Source: Selaginella moellendorffii
Taxonomy: Eukaryota > Plantae > Lycopodiophyta
Length of the DNA: 64,000 nucleotides
Direction: 5' to 3'
NCBI RefSeq assembly: GCF_000143415.4
Contig: NW_003314269.1
Span: 1,309,544 to 1,373,543, forward strand
Shown: piece by piece, positions 1 to 14,311 of the stretch
Layout of the letters: each line of letters opens with the position of its first letter
How positions within the stretch are numbered: the stretch's first letter is position 1
Program-made: the position numbers and the translations under genes
The notes under the pieces: model-generated
Database searches by the model: none
What the model was told of the DNA's origin: nothing
The model's input: only the letters and a program-made list of their open reading frames with translations

Positions 1-900
1 TAATGATCATCCCTCTAGGCATGATAACGTGCTCATAGGGTTTAGATGTAAAAAAATGCAGATCAACATCATGTGTTGAGCATGTTATGATGTAAGGATT
101 TATTACATTCTACCACAGAATGACTGTTTAAGCAAAGTAGCATCAATGTGGCCCTTTACTCCTAGATCAATGTTTAGTAGTCATTGGATTTACTATTGTG
201 GGACTGATGTTACTCATACAAGCCAAATCTATAACTCAATTATCTTAAAGCCAAATTCCATACCAAAGGAGTGGTTAATTGAGCAAACTTGCAATCTTTT
301 GAAAGAAGAGATTAAAAGTCGAGAGAGAATACGATTCAAGTTGAAGACTTCCTCAAATGTTATTATTGATGCTACTATGCCACCAATGTCAATATTAGAC
401 TGCATACATGATCAGCTAGAAATGAAAAGGCTATACAATATAGGTCTTCCATTTTGAAGAGTACGCAAGAAAAGATCAAGCTAGCAAAAGAGTTGAAATG
501 CATAATCACAAAGATAAACTACATTAATGCCATGGCTAAAGTGTTCGTTGTTGTGACCAAAGTTCTAGCTATATTTGTCTGAATCTGCAAAAATCCATCT
601 TATACCTATCTAAATTTCATACAAAGGGAAAATAAGGGAAAGGTATATTTATGTTTTTATGTAGAAACTAAACCAAGATCCTAAGATCAACCATTATATC
701 CACTAGGCAATCCTTACAGTTGTGAAGCTTCAAAAGTGTTTTTAGATTATTTTTGATGTTCACATCTATATTTATATTTGTATTTTATTGGTCAAATTTA
801 CTTGGAAATATAGATTAAATCAATATTTGAAAGATGAAAAAATGTTAGTTCAAGGTGAACCAATCCTTTTTCTATGTTTGAGAAGTCATGAGCTCAACTT
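1..900 (+). pseudogene. Degenerate SWIM zinc-finger-containing repeat (copy 1)
   Basis: Colinear with 11950-12850 (e.g. gatttactattgtgggactgatgtt; aaatccatcttatacctatctaaatttcatacaaagg). Reading frames are broken by stops. Confidence 0.5.
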
Positions 901-1019
901 GTGAGCTCAGCTCATGAGTTCAAAACCTACTTGGGCTCAAAAGCAGAATGCTATAATCAAGGGGGTGGTCCAAATTTGAATTAAGCTCAACTTAGCACAA
1001 GTCAACTAAAAGTTGCACA

Positions 1020-1315
1020 ACATGTGATAAGGGCACTTCTTTACCATGATCAAGATTCAGCATAGGCTTTACTATGATCAGCATTCAGCACAGGTTTTCA
1101 TCGTCAACTTTTGCATGAACAGGCCCAAGGGGTAGGAGCACATTGTGGTTCCTAGTCATGACTCACTTGTTTTTATATCCATCGACTTTCATCCTAGTGA
1201 GTGCACAGCAAGTGTCCCCATTGTCAACTCAATTGGCAAAAGAGAGGCAAAAGAGAGGTGGAAGTGGTGTGACTTAAGAATTGGAGCAAACATATCTTGT
1301 TTGAGAATGCCTTGA
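1020..1315 (+). pseudogene. Fragment of the 3' end of the Crinkler-like gene (paralogue of about 20950-21205)
   Basis: aagggcacttctttaccatgatca...cccaaggggtaggagcacattgtggttcct...gaggtggaagtggtgtgactta matches 20959-21170, with C>T/G>A changes and two short internal duplications. Confidence 0.85.
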
Positions 1316-2263
1316 AATAGAAGAGCTTTTAAACTTGTTTGGAACTTCTGGATTCATGTTTGGTAATGTGATGAGCTATAAGTTGGAGTCAACCAGGTGT
1401 TAAACTTTCAATTCACTTTGTGGAATATTTGAACATGGATGGTGCTTGGATTTTAAGAGAATGGCTGTATGCCTGTACTTGCTACTGCAAGGAGCCTTAC
1501 TAGTGGCCAATTATGAGTCACTGTAGGTGGCAGCAACTGGGTGTGCAATGTAAGTTGTGTGGTTGTGTGGTATTTATATCCTGTATTTGACAGTTACATC
1601 ACAACCAACGTCAGGTGGCTGAATTTCTCCTTGAGTGTTGGCCATGTGGCCCACGTCCATGGTGGGTTTGCAGTGTGAGTGGGAAGGTGTGAATGGTGAG
1701 TTTTGAGCAAGATATTAAGTTTAAGATATTTGAATTAAAATCTTTACACATGTCTTTTTGGTTTGCTTAAGCAAACTTGTAGGGGACTGGGATGGTAATG
1801 GATATGCCTCAAATATACTCAGATATTCTAGGATATTCTACCATCTAACAGTTGTTATTCATTTAGATTAATCTTGTATTTATAAATTATAAACATTCTT
1901 AAACCCTTTCTAGTATATTCTTTTTTATTCTATCATCTAATGGTTGATATGCAATAAGATTAATCTTGTATTTATAAATTACAAACATGCTTATAATTAT
2001 AAACTTTATTTGATTAATTGGATTACTAAGTAAAAATAACACTACTATTAAGAAAACCAAGCATTTCTCTTTGTATTTTTCTCAGTTGAACATGAACTTT
2101 ATATAATTATAAAGTTTATACATAAAAAATTAATTTGTTCCTATAGAAGCTTGGGAAATTTCAGGAGAAAATTTAAATGTTCAAAGATTCAACTACTTAG
2201 AACCTTTTATGATGCTTTCAGGATTTAGCAGATGATCTTGATAGGGTGTTTTCTCTATAATTT

Positions 2264-2490
2264 NNNNNNNNNNNNNNNNNNNNNNNNNNNNNNNNNNNNN
2301 NNNNNNNNNNNNNNNNNNNNNNNNNNNNNNNNNNNNNNNNNNNNNNNNNNNNNNNNNNNNNNNNNNNNNNNNNNNNNNNNNNNNNNNNNNNNNNNNNNNN
2401 NNNNNNNNNNNNNNNNNNNNNNNNNNNNNNNNNNNNNNNNNNNNNNNNNNNNNNNNNNNNNNNNNNNNNNNNNNNNNNNNNNNNNNNNNN
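2264..2490. other. Assembly gap
   Basis: Run of N. Confidence 1.
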
Positions 2491-2939
2491 TTGGTGTTTG
2501 ATCAACCCCTTGTTTAGATCTCACTCGTACTCAAGATACCAGAGCCGGACTACAATAAGAGCAATGGTTGTTACCAACAACTTTACTCCCACAACTTTAC
2601 ATTGAGAGGAGGAAATTCTCTTGTGCATCTTGTGGCTTGGTAATTAGAGCTATCCTACCAGATCCTGTTGTGAGCAGCCAAAAGGAAGCTTCTTCGGGCA
2701 AGTAAGTCAGTGCTTGAGATGCTGGACAATTTAGAAGCATGTAGCAGAAGCCATGAGAGAAGCCCAACTCAGTACTAGAGAGCTCTACATTACTAGCAAG
2801 TCCAAGGGGGCCACACTATGATTAAGTTCTTTTGACAACTTTAAGAGATAATCATTGGGAAGAATGCACTTTTGAGCCTGAGCAATGTCCTGGATCAGCT
2901 CAAAGAGATGTCTGCTACAATGGGAAATCATAGCCATAT

Positions 2940-3165
2940 ATATTTATTTTATTATAATTTTTTAAATTATTGGATTAAAAAAATTTTAAATTAAAATTAA
3001 GATAGTAAAAATAATGAAATTTGTATAGGAAGAATAGATGGTGCCTGAGAACAATAGTTATTAATTGTCCATAATGGTTTAGGGTCGTCTCTGTAAATGT
3101 AAATGAGTCATGACTCTGTTCCTGATCTAAGCGTGGCATTTTATCACCATACTTACTGTGTCCAG
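2940..3165 (-). repeat. Inverted copy of about 13360-13575
   Basis: gaagaatagatggtgcctgagaacaatagttattaattgtccataatggtttagggtcgtctct is the reverse complement of 13430-13495. Confidence 0.85.
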
Positions 3166-3214
3166 CTTTTTTATGGCATACTTGGCCATTGGATTTTTTT
3201 AGAATAAACTCTAG

Positions 3215-6200
3215 ATCATTGAATAAAGGAACGGTGCCAAACTCCTAAGCATAGAGCCAATGAGTGATGGAACCAAACCATGGAGCAACTCCTAAATGTA
3301 CAGCCCAAGGAACGAAGGGACAAGAGTATGGAGTGACTTGGAATAGTCCTAGAACATCTAGCATTCTAATGCCAGGACCAGTAGGCAAAATAGAGCCAAA
3401 TAGAGTTTAGCACTATTTCAGCATACTGGTGGCCTAATGCAAGGATATGGATTAACATGGTATGGAACTTGGGCTTAAACCTAAGTCGAACGCAGAACAA
3501 AGACAAGCATGCAAGTGAGAATTAGATTATGCCTTAGGTTAATCAACCATGCTCGACCTACCCACTATCCTACTATACATTTAGAACCCCCCACAACCCC
3601 TCCCCCCCCTTCCCCTCCCCTCCCTTTAAGGAACACACGTTTTGGGCGTTCACCCCAAGCCTCCCTTAGTACTAGGAGTTAGTCTTTGGGACAAGCTCAA
3701 AACTTACTAAATATGGAATGTTNNNNNNNNNNNNNNNNNNNNNNNNNNNNNNNNNNNNNNNNNNNNNNNNNNNNNNNNNNNNNNNNNNNNNNNNNNNNNN
3801 NNNNNNNNNNNNNNNNNNNNNNNNNNNNNNNNNNNNNNNNNNNNNNNNNNNNNNNNNNNNNNNNNNNNNNNNNNNNNNNNNNNNNNNNNNNNNNNNNNNN
3901 NNNNNNNNNNNNNNNNNNNNNNNNNNNNNNNNNNNNNNNNNNNNNNNNNNNNNNNNNNNNNNNNNNNNNNNNNNNNNNNNNNNNNNNNNNNNNNNNNNNN
4001 NNNNNNNNNNNNNNNNNNNNNNNNNNNNNNNNNNNNNNNNNNNNNNNNNNNNNNNNNNNNNNNNNNNNNNNNNNNNNNNNNNNNNNNNNNNNNNNAGGAG
4101 TTCCCAACATTAACAAGTGCAAGTCAATGAATGAGTTTATCTAACCAAGTTAAGTATGCTTGACTAATAGCACTTAGGAATTCTATCCTTATGCTCATTT
4201 AGTCAAGTGCACACGTGAAGACCAATTTCTCAACTAGCTTAAGCAGAGACTAATAACAAGTCTAGCAATACTAACTTTCTGTCATTGTGGCAGTAAGGAA
4301 AGAATATCCGAAAGGATTGGCCAACAGGTAACTTTCAATACCTAAAATCCTATTCGCGACACTCTCCCCCCCCCCCCCCCCCCTAGGGAAAAAGGATGTC
4401 CTCATCAATGCACACTCCAGTCTAGACCACCGCCAAGGAAACAACTCTAGAAAAAGTTCATGGTGATCACACTATGTGAGAAATGCACTAACTTAAAATG
4501 AATTAGGAGGCAACTTCTTTGTCTAACGCAAATGCACTACCAACTCAGACACCATCTAATCATCATTGACAAGGAAATGACCAACAAAGTTAGCCACCCT
4601 TGCTACTCTGGGTGTCACCCAACCTACAAAAGTGTGATACGCCCCTGCCTGCAAGGATATAGAGAGAGAAGCCAAAGGTCCCAACCCTCATGAGCAAAGA
4701 AACCAAACCCATTGGTAAGGTTTAGATATACTACTGTAAACAAGTAGTTAGAGTTGTTTACATGGTTGCGCCCTTTTTACGGAATAAAGAACATTGATAA
4801 AAAAGCAGGTTATATGACCAGTCGACAGTAGCTATCCCATGACTAAAGATTTCACAATGCAGACAAAATGCCAAAGCCAATTTGCCTATACTGACCCAAA
4901 CTCAAAGATCTATAGATAAACAATATCAAAGTCATAGACAATGATATCTTAGAGACTTAATTATTAGTGATTAAATCTTATATTAGAACTCAAAACTATT
5001 CTAAGTAAGTTATCATTTGATAAACCAGTATTAGAGTACAGGAACCACCAATATTATCATATTTAAAAAACATAGGATTCACCATCCAACAAAATTCAAG
5101 AGCAAGTGTATCATTAAAAAAGCTCAATAAAAAAACTTAACTACCGAAAATTGTAGATAGCATGCTAAACAACTTATAAAAGACAACTCAAAGAACACAA
5201 AGTATCACCAACCAACAAACAGAATGCTCGCGAATGTATCACCCGAATGAAAGAACATCCAAATCTATTAAAACTAACTTGAGCAATAATCAACAAAACA
5301 TAATGAATGCGGTAAGACTAACAAACACTCATTCATGCCATTATCATACTAGCCAATTGAAATAGATCTTAGTTAACAATACAAAGGAACTCAAGTTTCT
5401 TAAGCAAGTATCAGCAACATCCTATCGATATCTTAAACCCAAGAGGCTAATTCAGAGCAAACCACAAAGAACATATGGTATTGCGAAAAGCTATAAGTCA
5501 TCAAAGAAAATAATTAACTATCATGAAAGATAATCAATCATCCCCTCAAAAGAGAAATGCAGAGTCATCGTTAAAAAAAGAATCCACTATCCCAAAGAAC
5601 AGCAAATTATTCTGTATTAAAAAAAATCAAGCAAAATCCTTTGATAAGGATAATCAACTATCCTAGATGATAATCAATCATCACCAATGATTGCTAAATG
5701 CAAAAGTTAACTTGAACATCGAAGCTAATGAGCCAAAAATGCCTTCCCCAACAACTTTTAACAAATTGACCATAAACATGAAAACTCAAGGAATCAAAAG
5801 CTTGAAAAAGTCTATAGCCAAGTCTTGCCTAATAATGATCATGAATCTCACATGAACTAACTTCAATGTTAAAGAAGAAATCATAGTATAACCCACAACA
5901 TCCTCCTCAATATATCCATAAGCTAAACTTCATAATGTAAAGCTAATGAAGAGCATATCTGCATCAATCCAAAAACTAAGCACAATGAAGCTACGCTCAA
6001 TAAGTGATCACTAAACGATCCTTCATGAATCCATTTATAGCAAGATATAACTCACTTCATAACAAACATAAGAAGAATTATTAATGATTGATATATCCCA
6101 ACTCAAATCCAATAAAAACTCAATCACTTCAATATCAATCACTAACTCTTTCACTTGTAGGTTAGCATAGTCCACGACAAAATCACTTTTCAAGGAAAAG

Positions 6201-9200
6201 CCAAAGCTTAATCTCTACTAAGCAATTTCATCTAGAACACAATTAACTCAAATTTGCCACTTAGCTCGTTTGAATATCACATAGTTGCTAACTAGCAAAT
6301 ACATGAATGCCAATAATACAAAACCAAAACCAAATCATCAACACTATCTTTATTGAGACTAATGAAAATAATATCAATCCTACGAAGAGACATTTCATTT
6401 CACTCAAATTTCAACATCAATAATGTCAATGACAAAGCATTATTTCAATGTTATCAACACCAGAACAAAACTAGAAGAAAGCAAGAGTGAATCATCACTC
6501 AAGGCTCTTTAGCAAACAAATTAACCAAAATTGAAGATACCTTATTCAGTATTCGATACCAATCCTTCAACAAAACTTAGTTATAGATAACACATCATCA
6601 AGGAATGATTCACCACATCCAAGACTTAATAAAATCTAACACTATAAACTAAACTCAACCAAATGATATTGACAAAGGTAGAGTTGACATGCCAACATGG
6701 AAAACCCATGCAAGCTCATGACACAATCCTCTATAACACCATTCAATAAAGCAAATCCATCACTGATAAATCTTCATCGAGTGAAGCAAGTGTCAACAGT
6801 CTTTGACAAAGTCTACAAGCAATCACTAATCGCAAAGCAACTAACAATCACTTTTCAACTTGCCTTCACAAGAACTAAACACTAAACTCACGCCATCGAG
6901 TTCTATACTTGTCCAACATGAACATAATACCCCAGGTACGAGATAAAGGTTTATGGATAAGCATAAACTAAATGACCATTCAAATTCAACTCAACCACAA
7001 TAAGCCCACTAATGCATTTAACCAATAGCTCTAAGCATGTCTTGAAGAGGCTAGCTATGCATGATCAACCCTCAGTCAAAACTAAAGTGAAGTCCATGAG
7101 ATGGACTTATATCGGTACACAACCTCCTCATAGACAAAGCTATAGTACGGGTACCAATATCTTAACTGCAAATAATTAAGTTGGACATCATTATCCTCAG
7201 CCAAGGCACAAGGCTATCAAGACTAAGTCAAGATCAATGAGAGCTCACTACTCTCATAGAGTCTTAGCAAAATGTAAGGTGCAACTTGCCACCAAGCATA
7301 ATGGTAAAAAAAAAGCACAAAGGTCACCTTTCTAGAAAAGCACAATAGACATTTTTTTATACCAACCCTAAACTCTATCCAACTCAATTACTTTAGCCCC
7401 AAAAGTCAGCATTTCTTTTAGGTTGCATCATACAAACTACCTACTAAGATTTAAACCAACCCAAGTCAATTCCAACCCCTTCATTAGTTTGTATTAGCTT
7501 ATGAAAATGGAATGGTTTTCGAGCAAAATGATCAATAGATCAGCTATTGGATAAGTCTAAGAAAATTTGTAAAAATTTTTCCATTATAGAGAAAGAATGA
7601 CTCTCAGTCTAGAAACACAAACTTTCAACACTTAATCAACTTCCTCCTACTAACAACTTTACATAGATTTACCTCAACACAAATTCTCATGATCAAACAA
7701 TATGCTTAAGTATCGAATATCATGCCTATATTTCCAATATTCAACACCAACATCCATAAAATGCAAAATGAACATCTAAGCTTGATCACGAAAACCATAT
7801 CTTCAGATATCCATATTGCACTAACACCCTTCTTCAATAATTTTCAAGAACTAATGTGAAGCCAAAATACTAACAAGAAAAATGACATGAAAAATCAAGT
7901 TCCAAGGAAAAACTTTTTATCACTTGAAATAACAATGCCACTTCCACTAACACTAATGCTAGTGATGTCAATACTTCAACTACACATTTTCTCTATCCAA
8001 TAATCTACTCCAAGTGCTAATGGATAAACTAATAAGCCATAACAAATGAATGTTATAACCCTTTCCAACACCACATGGGCAAACTCTCATGGAAACAAAG
8101 TACCAACTTAAGCTTAGTATAATGGACTGCCATTGAGAATCCAGTCAAGGTTACTTTAATGTTATTATATGTAAGTAGACTAGCTTCTCCATTAACCACT
8201 TTGGGGTTGATCATCATTTACCCAAACAACTTCATAAATACATTGCTCATTATCACATGGATATGATATAAAAATCACAATGTCTTGATCATCAATCAAG
8301 CAACACCATGAGCAATGTCAATGTCATTATTTCAAAGGTGTATATAAATATCAAGTGCCAACTCAATTTGACAAAATGCAACATAAATGCCACACTCCAT
8401 TGATAGAGATTTACAACACCCAACACCACTAACTTTTGTTCATAACATGGACAAGCTCATGCCACTCTCTTTCTGACTAAACTCAAAATTAATCCAACAT
8501 CAAGCTACTTAAGGAGCAATAACAAGGTTCTCCAGAAAAAAATTGAGCACTGTAACTCAAATCTTCAATAACAAACTTAGACAAAATGGTTTAGCACTTC
8601 ACCACTATCCATCCCATGACTCACTATTTATAAGACTATCATTTCTAACATGCATCAAGGTAGAGACTCTTGATTGCATGATGTGAATACAAGCAATAAG
8701 TCAACACCTCGTTGCAAATCATCTCTCCAAGAAAAGAAGATGATTTACGTATTTGATCTTTTGTCCCTAACGACTCTCTTTTCAATCTCATTTTTTACCA
8801 AACTTTAAGTTTGCTTTCGCACTGCCTTTAGTCCAATCCAAGAAAAGTTTATGAGAGAGCATGGCAATGATTACTTGAACCAATAGACTAATCCCTATAG
8901 TCTTGATTGATCCACTTATAATCATGCCTAGGAAGGATTCACTAGTGCCATGCTAAACAATTATAGACTAGTCTATTTGCCACTCTTAGCAAACCTAGAG
9001 AAGGTTTACTTTCACCCACAGTACATGGAACAACTCATGGAACCACTGATGCTAACTCAAAGTGTAACCTTAAGTTGTTAATATGCCTTACTCATGAACC
9101 CAAGTGTAAACTTGTGCAAAAGAATACACCTCAATCCCTCTTATGAGCCCAAGAGCAAGCTCACATTATTATGGTACAAAAAGGTAACCAAATCCATACT

Positions 9201-9495
9201 CAAGGAATGAATGCGAAACCTTTGTACCCAAACATTTACCCACTCAAATCATCATTTTCATCTTTGTGTATGCAACGAGACTAGTTGCTCAATCTCATTG
9301 GATAGTACTTGCCAAGACTCATCTAATACCAAATGTAGTGCACATGGTTTTTACCCTTTATCCTATGATGATTTACCATAGGATAACCATAGAAACAGAA
9401 TCTAAACCCTTTATATGCCACATATCCAAAGAATAGTGGTGTGGAATATGAGATTCAAGACCTTGGGCTACTGAATGAAAGAATGGTTCCATCAT
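3215..9495 (-). mobile_element. Eroded reverse-orientation copy of the LARD-type LTR element at 28717-36026
   Basis: 3' LTR remnant at about 3215-4361 (spans a gap) and PPT complement ctctccccc at 4362. The internal region is colinear with 34870-29861. PBS complement ctaataccaaa at about 9323; 5' LTR end tgtag at 9334. Confidence 0.85.
3723..4095. other. Assembly gap
   Basis: Run of N. Confidence 1.
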
Positions 9496-9499
9496 TCTT

Positions 9500-9706
9500 T
9501 GGCTTCATGCTTAGGAGTTTGGCACCATTCTTTCATTCAGTGGCCTAAGGCTTTGAATCTTGGGTTCCACACCATTGTCCTTTGGACACGTGGCATGTGG
9601 CACATGGCATATAACATGTGGTATATGGAAGGTTTAAGTTCCACTTCCATGGTTATTCTATAGTAAATCACCATATGATAAAGGGTAAAAACCACTGTGC
9701 GCAACA
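9500..9706 (+). repeat. Forward-orientation 3' part of a LARD LTR, inverted relative to 9334-9495
   Basis: ggagtttggcaccattc...ggacacgtggcat...gataaagggtaaaaaccactgtgcgcaaca matches 29660-29860. Confidence 0.8.
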
Positions 9707-10640
9707 AAGTTTCACAGTTTGGATTTTTGGATTTAGATAGAGTTTCTTTTTAAAGGGAGAATTTCCTCATTTTAATCTATATCATTGGGATTTTGGGAAG
9801 TTTGTTTTGCATCCACATCCCTCGCAGGTGTCCATTCCCTTGTTATCTCCCTTAGAGGAGATACTAGAGGTGGTGGCTCAATGGCATGAAGGGGCATAAG
9901 ATTCTCTTAAGCTATGTAATGTTTGTAGATGCATTACAAAAAGATAAATACCCTTATCTTCACTTGCCTTCTCTTGCCTATTTGTAAGGCAATATGTTTT
10001 ATTTCAGCTACAAATCTATTGTAAGCAAAATGAGTTATGTTTATTTGGATTCCAATCTCGATAGCTTCCATTAGGTGAACTATCTTGATGTCGGCATTTT
10101 ACATAACCATCCTCTTATCAATGATGGCACACAGCATCTTAAACCTCACATGATAATCAAAGTCTAGGTAGGTTTTGAGCTCATAAGCTCATAACTTCTT
10201 AAACACAAGAAAAACATTGATTTGTCCCAAACTAACATTTTTTCATCTTTCAAATTTTGATTTAATCTATATTTCCAAGTAAATTCAACCAATAAAATAC
10301 AAATATAAATATAGATCCGAACATTAAAAGAAATTTAAAAGCACTTTTGAAGCTTCACAATTGTAAAGCTTGTCTAGTGCATGTGATGGTTGATCTTAAG
10401 ATCTTGATTTAATTTCTACATAAAAATGTAATAGATGTGCTTGCAAGTTAAATATACCTTTCCCCTATTCTCCCTCTGTATAAAATCTAAATAGGTACAA
10501 GATGGATTTTTGCGGATTCTAATGGTGTAGTTCGTACTTTTTAACGACTCAGTTACAACAACAAACTCCTTAGCCATAACAATAATATAGTTTATCCTTG
10601 TGACCTTTTTATACCTTGTGACCTTTACATACCTCTCCAT
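9707..10640 (-). pseudogene. Degenerate SWIM zinc-finger repeat (copy 2, inverted relative to about 12400-13310)
   Basis: ORF 10416-10640 reads YTIRIRKNPSCTYLDF...YLTCKHIYYIF, a decayed SWIM CxC..CxH motif. The DNA is the reverse complement of 12400-13310. Confidence 0.6.
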
Positions 10641-11449
10641 TGAGTTTCATCCCTCAAAACTAGGTATAGACCAGTTTTTATATCTTCTCAACCAGCACAA
10701 TCATTTTTGTTGAATTGACCATGACAGTATCCTTAATCATTAATAGGGGAGAAACCATATAATATGCAAAAACTTGTTTATATAAGTAGCTATATTGAGA
10801 ACAAATAGCCTCTATAATGTGATAAAATATAGAAAAATAACATCTCTTGGACTACCAACAAGTAGTCCCAGCATACTCAAGCTTACCCTTGAGGCAAACT
10901 AATAAGAAAGAGAAAAATATGAGAAATCTGAATCCCATAATATCTTTCACATATACAGATTGACATTAATATATGTATAATATACACATATACTGCCAAT
11001 AATTTAGAAACTTCCATTGTGTGTGTCTTTCAAAGCATGTGTAACCTTTTTTGGTTTTTTTCTATCACATCATCTTGAGACCCTCAGATTCTTAATCTCT
11101 ACAAATGGATGAGATAGTTGCATTCTTGAATACGGAACTCCAGCTCCGAAAGATGCTGTGGAGGGGGTTCAATTTCTCATTTTGCCTTAGAGGAGAGTTA
11201 GTTTTCAGAGACAATAATAATTTAAAATTGATTTTTCTATGTCTAGTATAACATAGAATAAGATTAATCATTCTTAATAATTTTTCCATCTTAAATGTTT
11301 TACTAACTAAGCTTGTAAAATTTAGTACTTAAAAAGTTATTATTTTTATTCCTAATAATAATTTTTTATTCTTAATTAAATAAAAATAAATTACTTCCTA
11401 GGATCAACCACTTGATAACATTGCACTTACACTAACAATTAATCTTTCT

Positions 11450-13310
11450 AAGAGCAAACATTGGAGTTGGAGAACTTCCAAAGCAGGGAAAGGAAAAGTG
11501 TTCCTCTATGAAGCTACACTCTCCAACCTCACTAAATCTCTTGAGTAGTTATCAAAAGCTTTGGCTACACAAGGAACAAGGTTTGCTAGTATAGGTCCAA
11601 ACTTAAACAAGCTTCAAGAGCAGGTTGGTAGAAGGACAACACTAGTAGTAGAGTCAATGTCTAAAATAGTGGAGGAAGTTGTTGTTGGAACTCCTATAGA
11701 ATCAAGTTATGAACCACTTGAGGATATGAGAACAGCCCATATGAAGCGTTGACAAACATTTGATGAACTTACCATCACTCCTTCCAATTCTCACTGTCTA
11801 GAGTCTGATTACCATTCTATCCATGACACCGGAGAAGAACCAAGGAACATGGAGTGGAGGAGGTGCTAGTTATTACACAAGTAAATTCAGTGTTAAAGGT
11901 TAAGAAGGTTATATCTTGTAAGCTAGTTTCTTGTATCAACTGGGCAAATCGAAAAGTTAGTGCCAAGAGTAATGCATGTTGCTCTAGAATGATTGGGAGT
12001 CAAGATTAGTGTCTTGCATTTGTTCACTTAGGTTTGAGTTCTTTAATAATACCATATTTCTATGGTTGTTGAGATCTAGGGGTAAAGGGTTGTTAGTCAA
12101 GTTGGATTTACTGTTGTGGGACTAATGTTTTTCATATAAACCGAATCTACAACTCAATTATCTCAAAGCAAGATTCTGTGCCACAGAAGTGGCTAGTTGA
12201 GCAAAGCTACAATCTCTTGAAAAAAGATATTGAAAGTCTAGAGAGAGTAGGTTTTAAATTGAAGACTTCCTCAAATATTGTTGTTGATATTATTATGCCA
12301 CCAATGTCAACATTAGATTGGCATACATGACCAGTTAAAAATGAGAAGGCTATACAATATAGGCTTTCCATTTCAAAAGGTGCAAATCAAGCTAGCAAAG
12401 GCATTGAAGTGCACAATCACAAGGATAAACTATATTAATGTTGTGGCTAAGGAGTTTATTGTTGTGACTGAGTCGTCAAAGGTATGAAGTACATTGTCAG
12501 AATCTACAAAAATCCATCTTGTACATATCTAGATTTTACACAGAGGTAGAACAATGTAAAGGTATATTTAACCTATAAGCACATTTATTACATTTTTATG
12601 CAGAAATCAAATCAAGATCCTAAGATCGACTATCATATCCACTAGGCAAGCCTTACAATTGTGGAGCTTCAAAAGTGTTTTTAGATTGCTTTTAGTGTTT
12701 GGATCTATATTTATATTTATATTTTATTGGTCAATTTTACTTGGAAATATAGATTAAATCAAAATTTGAAAGATGAAAAAATGTTGGTTTAGGACAAACC
12801 AATGTTTTTCTTGTGTTTGAGAAGTCGTGAGCTCATGATCTCAAAACTTACCTAAGCTCCAACTATCTAGGCTTAAAGTGTTATGTGTTATCATTAACAT
12901 GAGGATGGTTGTGCAAAATATTAACATCAAAATAGCTTGCCTAATAAAAGCTATTGAGACTAGAGTCCAAATAAACATAGCTCATTTTACTTATAATAGA
13001 TTTGTAGCCGAAATGAAGCATATTGCCTTACAAATAGGCAAGGGAAGGCAAGTGAAGATAGGGGTATTTATTGTTTTGCAGTGCATTTACGAACATTACA
13101 TAACTTAAGAAAATCCTATGCCTCTCCTTGCCATTGAGCCACCACCTCCAGTATCTCCTCTAAAGGAGATAACAAAGGAAGGGACACGTGCAAAGGATGT
13201 GGATGCGGAACAAACTTCTTAAAATCCCAATGATATGGATTAAAGTGAGAAACTTCTCCCTTCAAAAAGAAACTCCACATAAATCCAAAAATCCAAACTA
13301 TGAAACCTTT
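11450..13310 (+). pseudogene. Degenerate SWIM zinc-finger repeat (copy 3, longest)
   Basis: Same family as 1-900 and 9707-10640. aatccatcttgtacatatctagatttt...tataagcacatttattac encodes an eroded PSCTxxDF...xKHIYY. Many stops. Confidence 0.55.
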
Positions 13311-13903
13311 AGAGTTTGTTTTGCAAAAATTCAATGGCCATATATGCCACAAAAAAACTGGACACAGTAAGTATGGTGATAAAATGCCACGCTTAAATCA
13401 GGAATAGTCATGACTCATTTATGTCTTTAGAGACGACCCTAAACCATTATGGACAATTAATAATTATTGTTCTCAGGCACCATCTATTCTTCCTATACAA
13501 ATTTCATTTTTTTTACTATTTTAATTTTAACTTAAATTTTTTTAATCTAATAATTTTAAAAATTATAATAAATTTTTAAGTATTAAATTTTACAAGCTTA
13601 GTTAGTAAAACATTTAAAATGGAAAATTTATTAAGAATGATTAATCTTATTCTTTGTTATACTATACATAGAAAATATTTGTAAATATAAAGTAGCATAT
13701 TAATGTGCCATCCTAACTTTTAATATACTACAAATATAAAAAGTAATAATGCTATAATGTATAATAAACTTTTAAAATAAAGGTTAAACCAGCTGAAATT
13801 AATATTTTATACATAATTAAAACTATTTTTATTATATTAATGTTTTAAAATTAATTGTGATATCCTTAATTTTAAAATAATATATGGTAGAGTTCTATTA
13901 TGT

Positions 13904-14078
13904 TGTGAGGGCCAAGTGTACAGCTACGATGCCGTATATTAATATTAGCATAGTGGGATTTTGGTAGCCGTCGGATTGATTTCAATCTAGACCACTCGCT
14001 CCTATATATAAGGTAGGGTTTTTGGGCTAATTGAGAGGCACATTTCTGTATTCCCTTTCCATATTCCATGCACTCACA
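13904..14078 (+). repeat. 5' LTR of the Ty3/gypsy element
   Basis: tgtgagggcc...gcactcaca; 12 substitutions versus the 3' LTR by my count. Confidence 0.95.
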
Positions 14079-14079
14079 T

Positions 14080-14090
14080 TGGTGGAGGTG
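14080..14090 (+). promoter_or_regulatory. Primer-binding site, tRNA-Ala-like (TGGTGGAG)
   Basis: TGGTGGAGGTG directly after the 5' LTR, complementary to a tRNA 3' end CUCCACCA. Confidence 0.7.
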
Positions 14091-14311
14091 AGGGGCACCT
14101 TTGATTGTCCCTGGGGAGTGCTTGAATTTGGGATTTCGGTTTAGATCTAGCTTTTGCATCGTCTAGATCTAGCTTTTTCCATTTCCTTTCTTTTGTTCTT
14201 TCCTTTCAGGATTTTGGTTTAGATCTAACTTTTTGCATTGTCTAGATCTACCATTTCTTTCCAGCTTTTTGTCATTTCTCTTCTTTTGCTCTTTCTTTTT
14301 CCTTCATCTTC

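Noticed and set aside
2218-4144. ORFs containing X runs (also 41559-41906 and 44092-44343)
   Set aside because: Their length is an artefact of N gaps.
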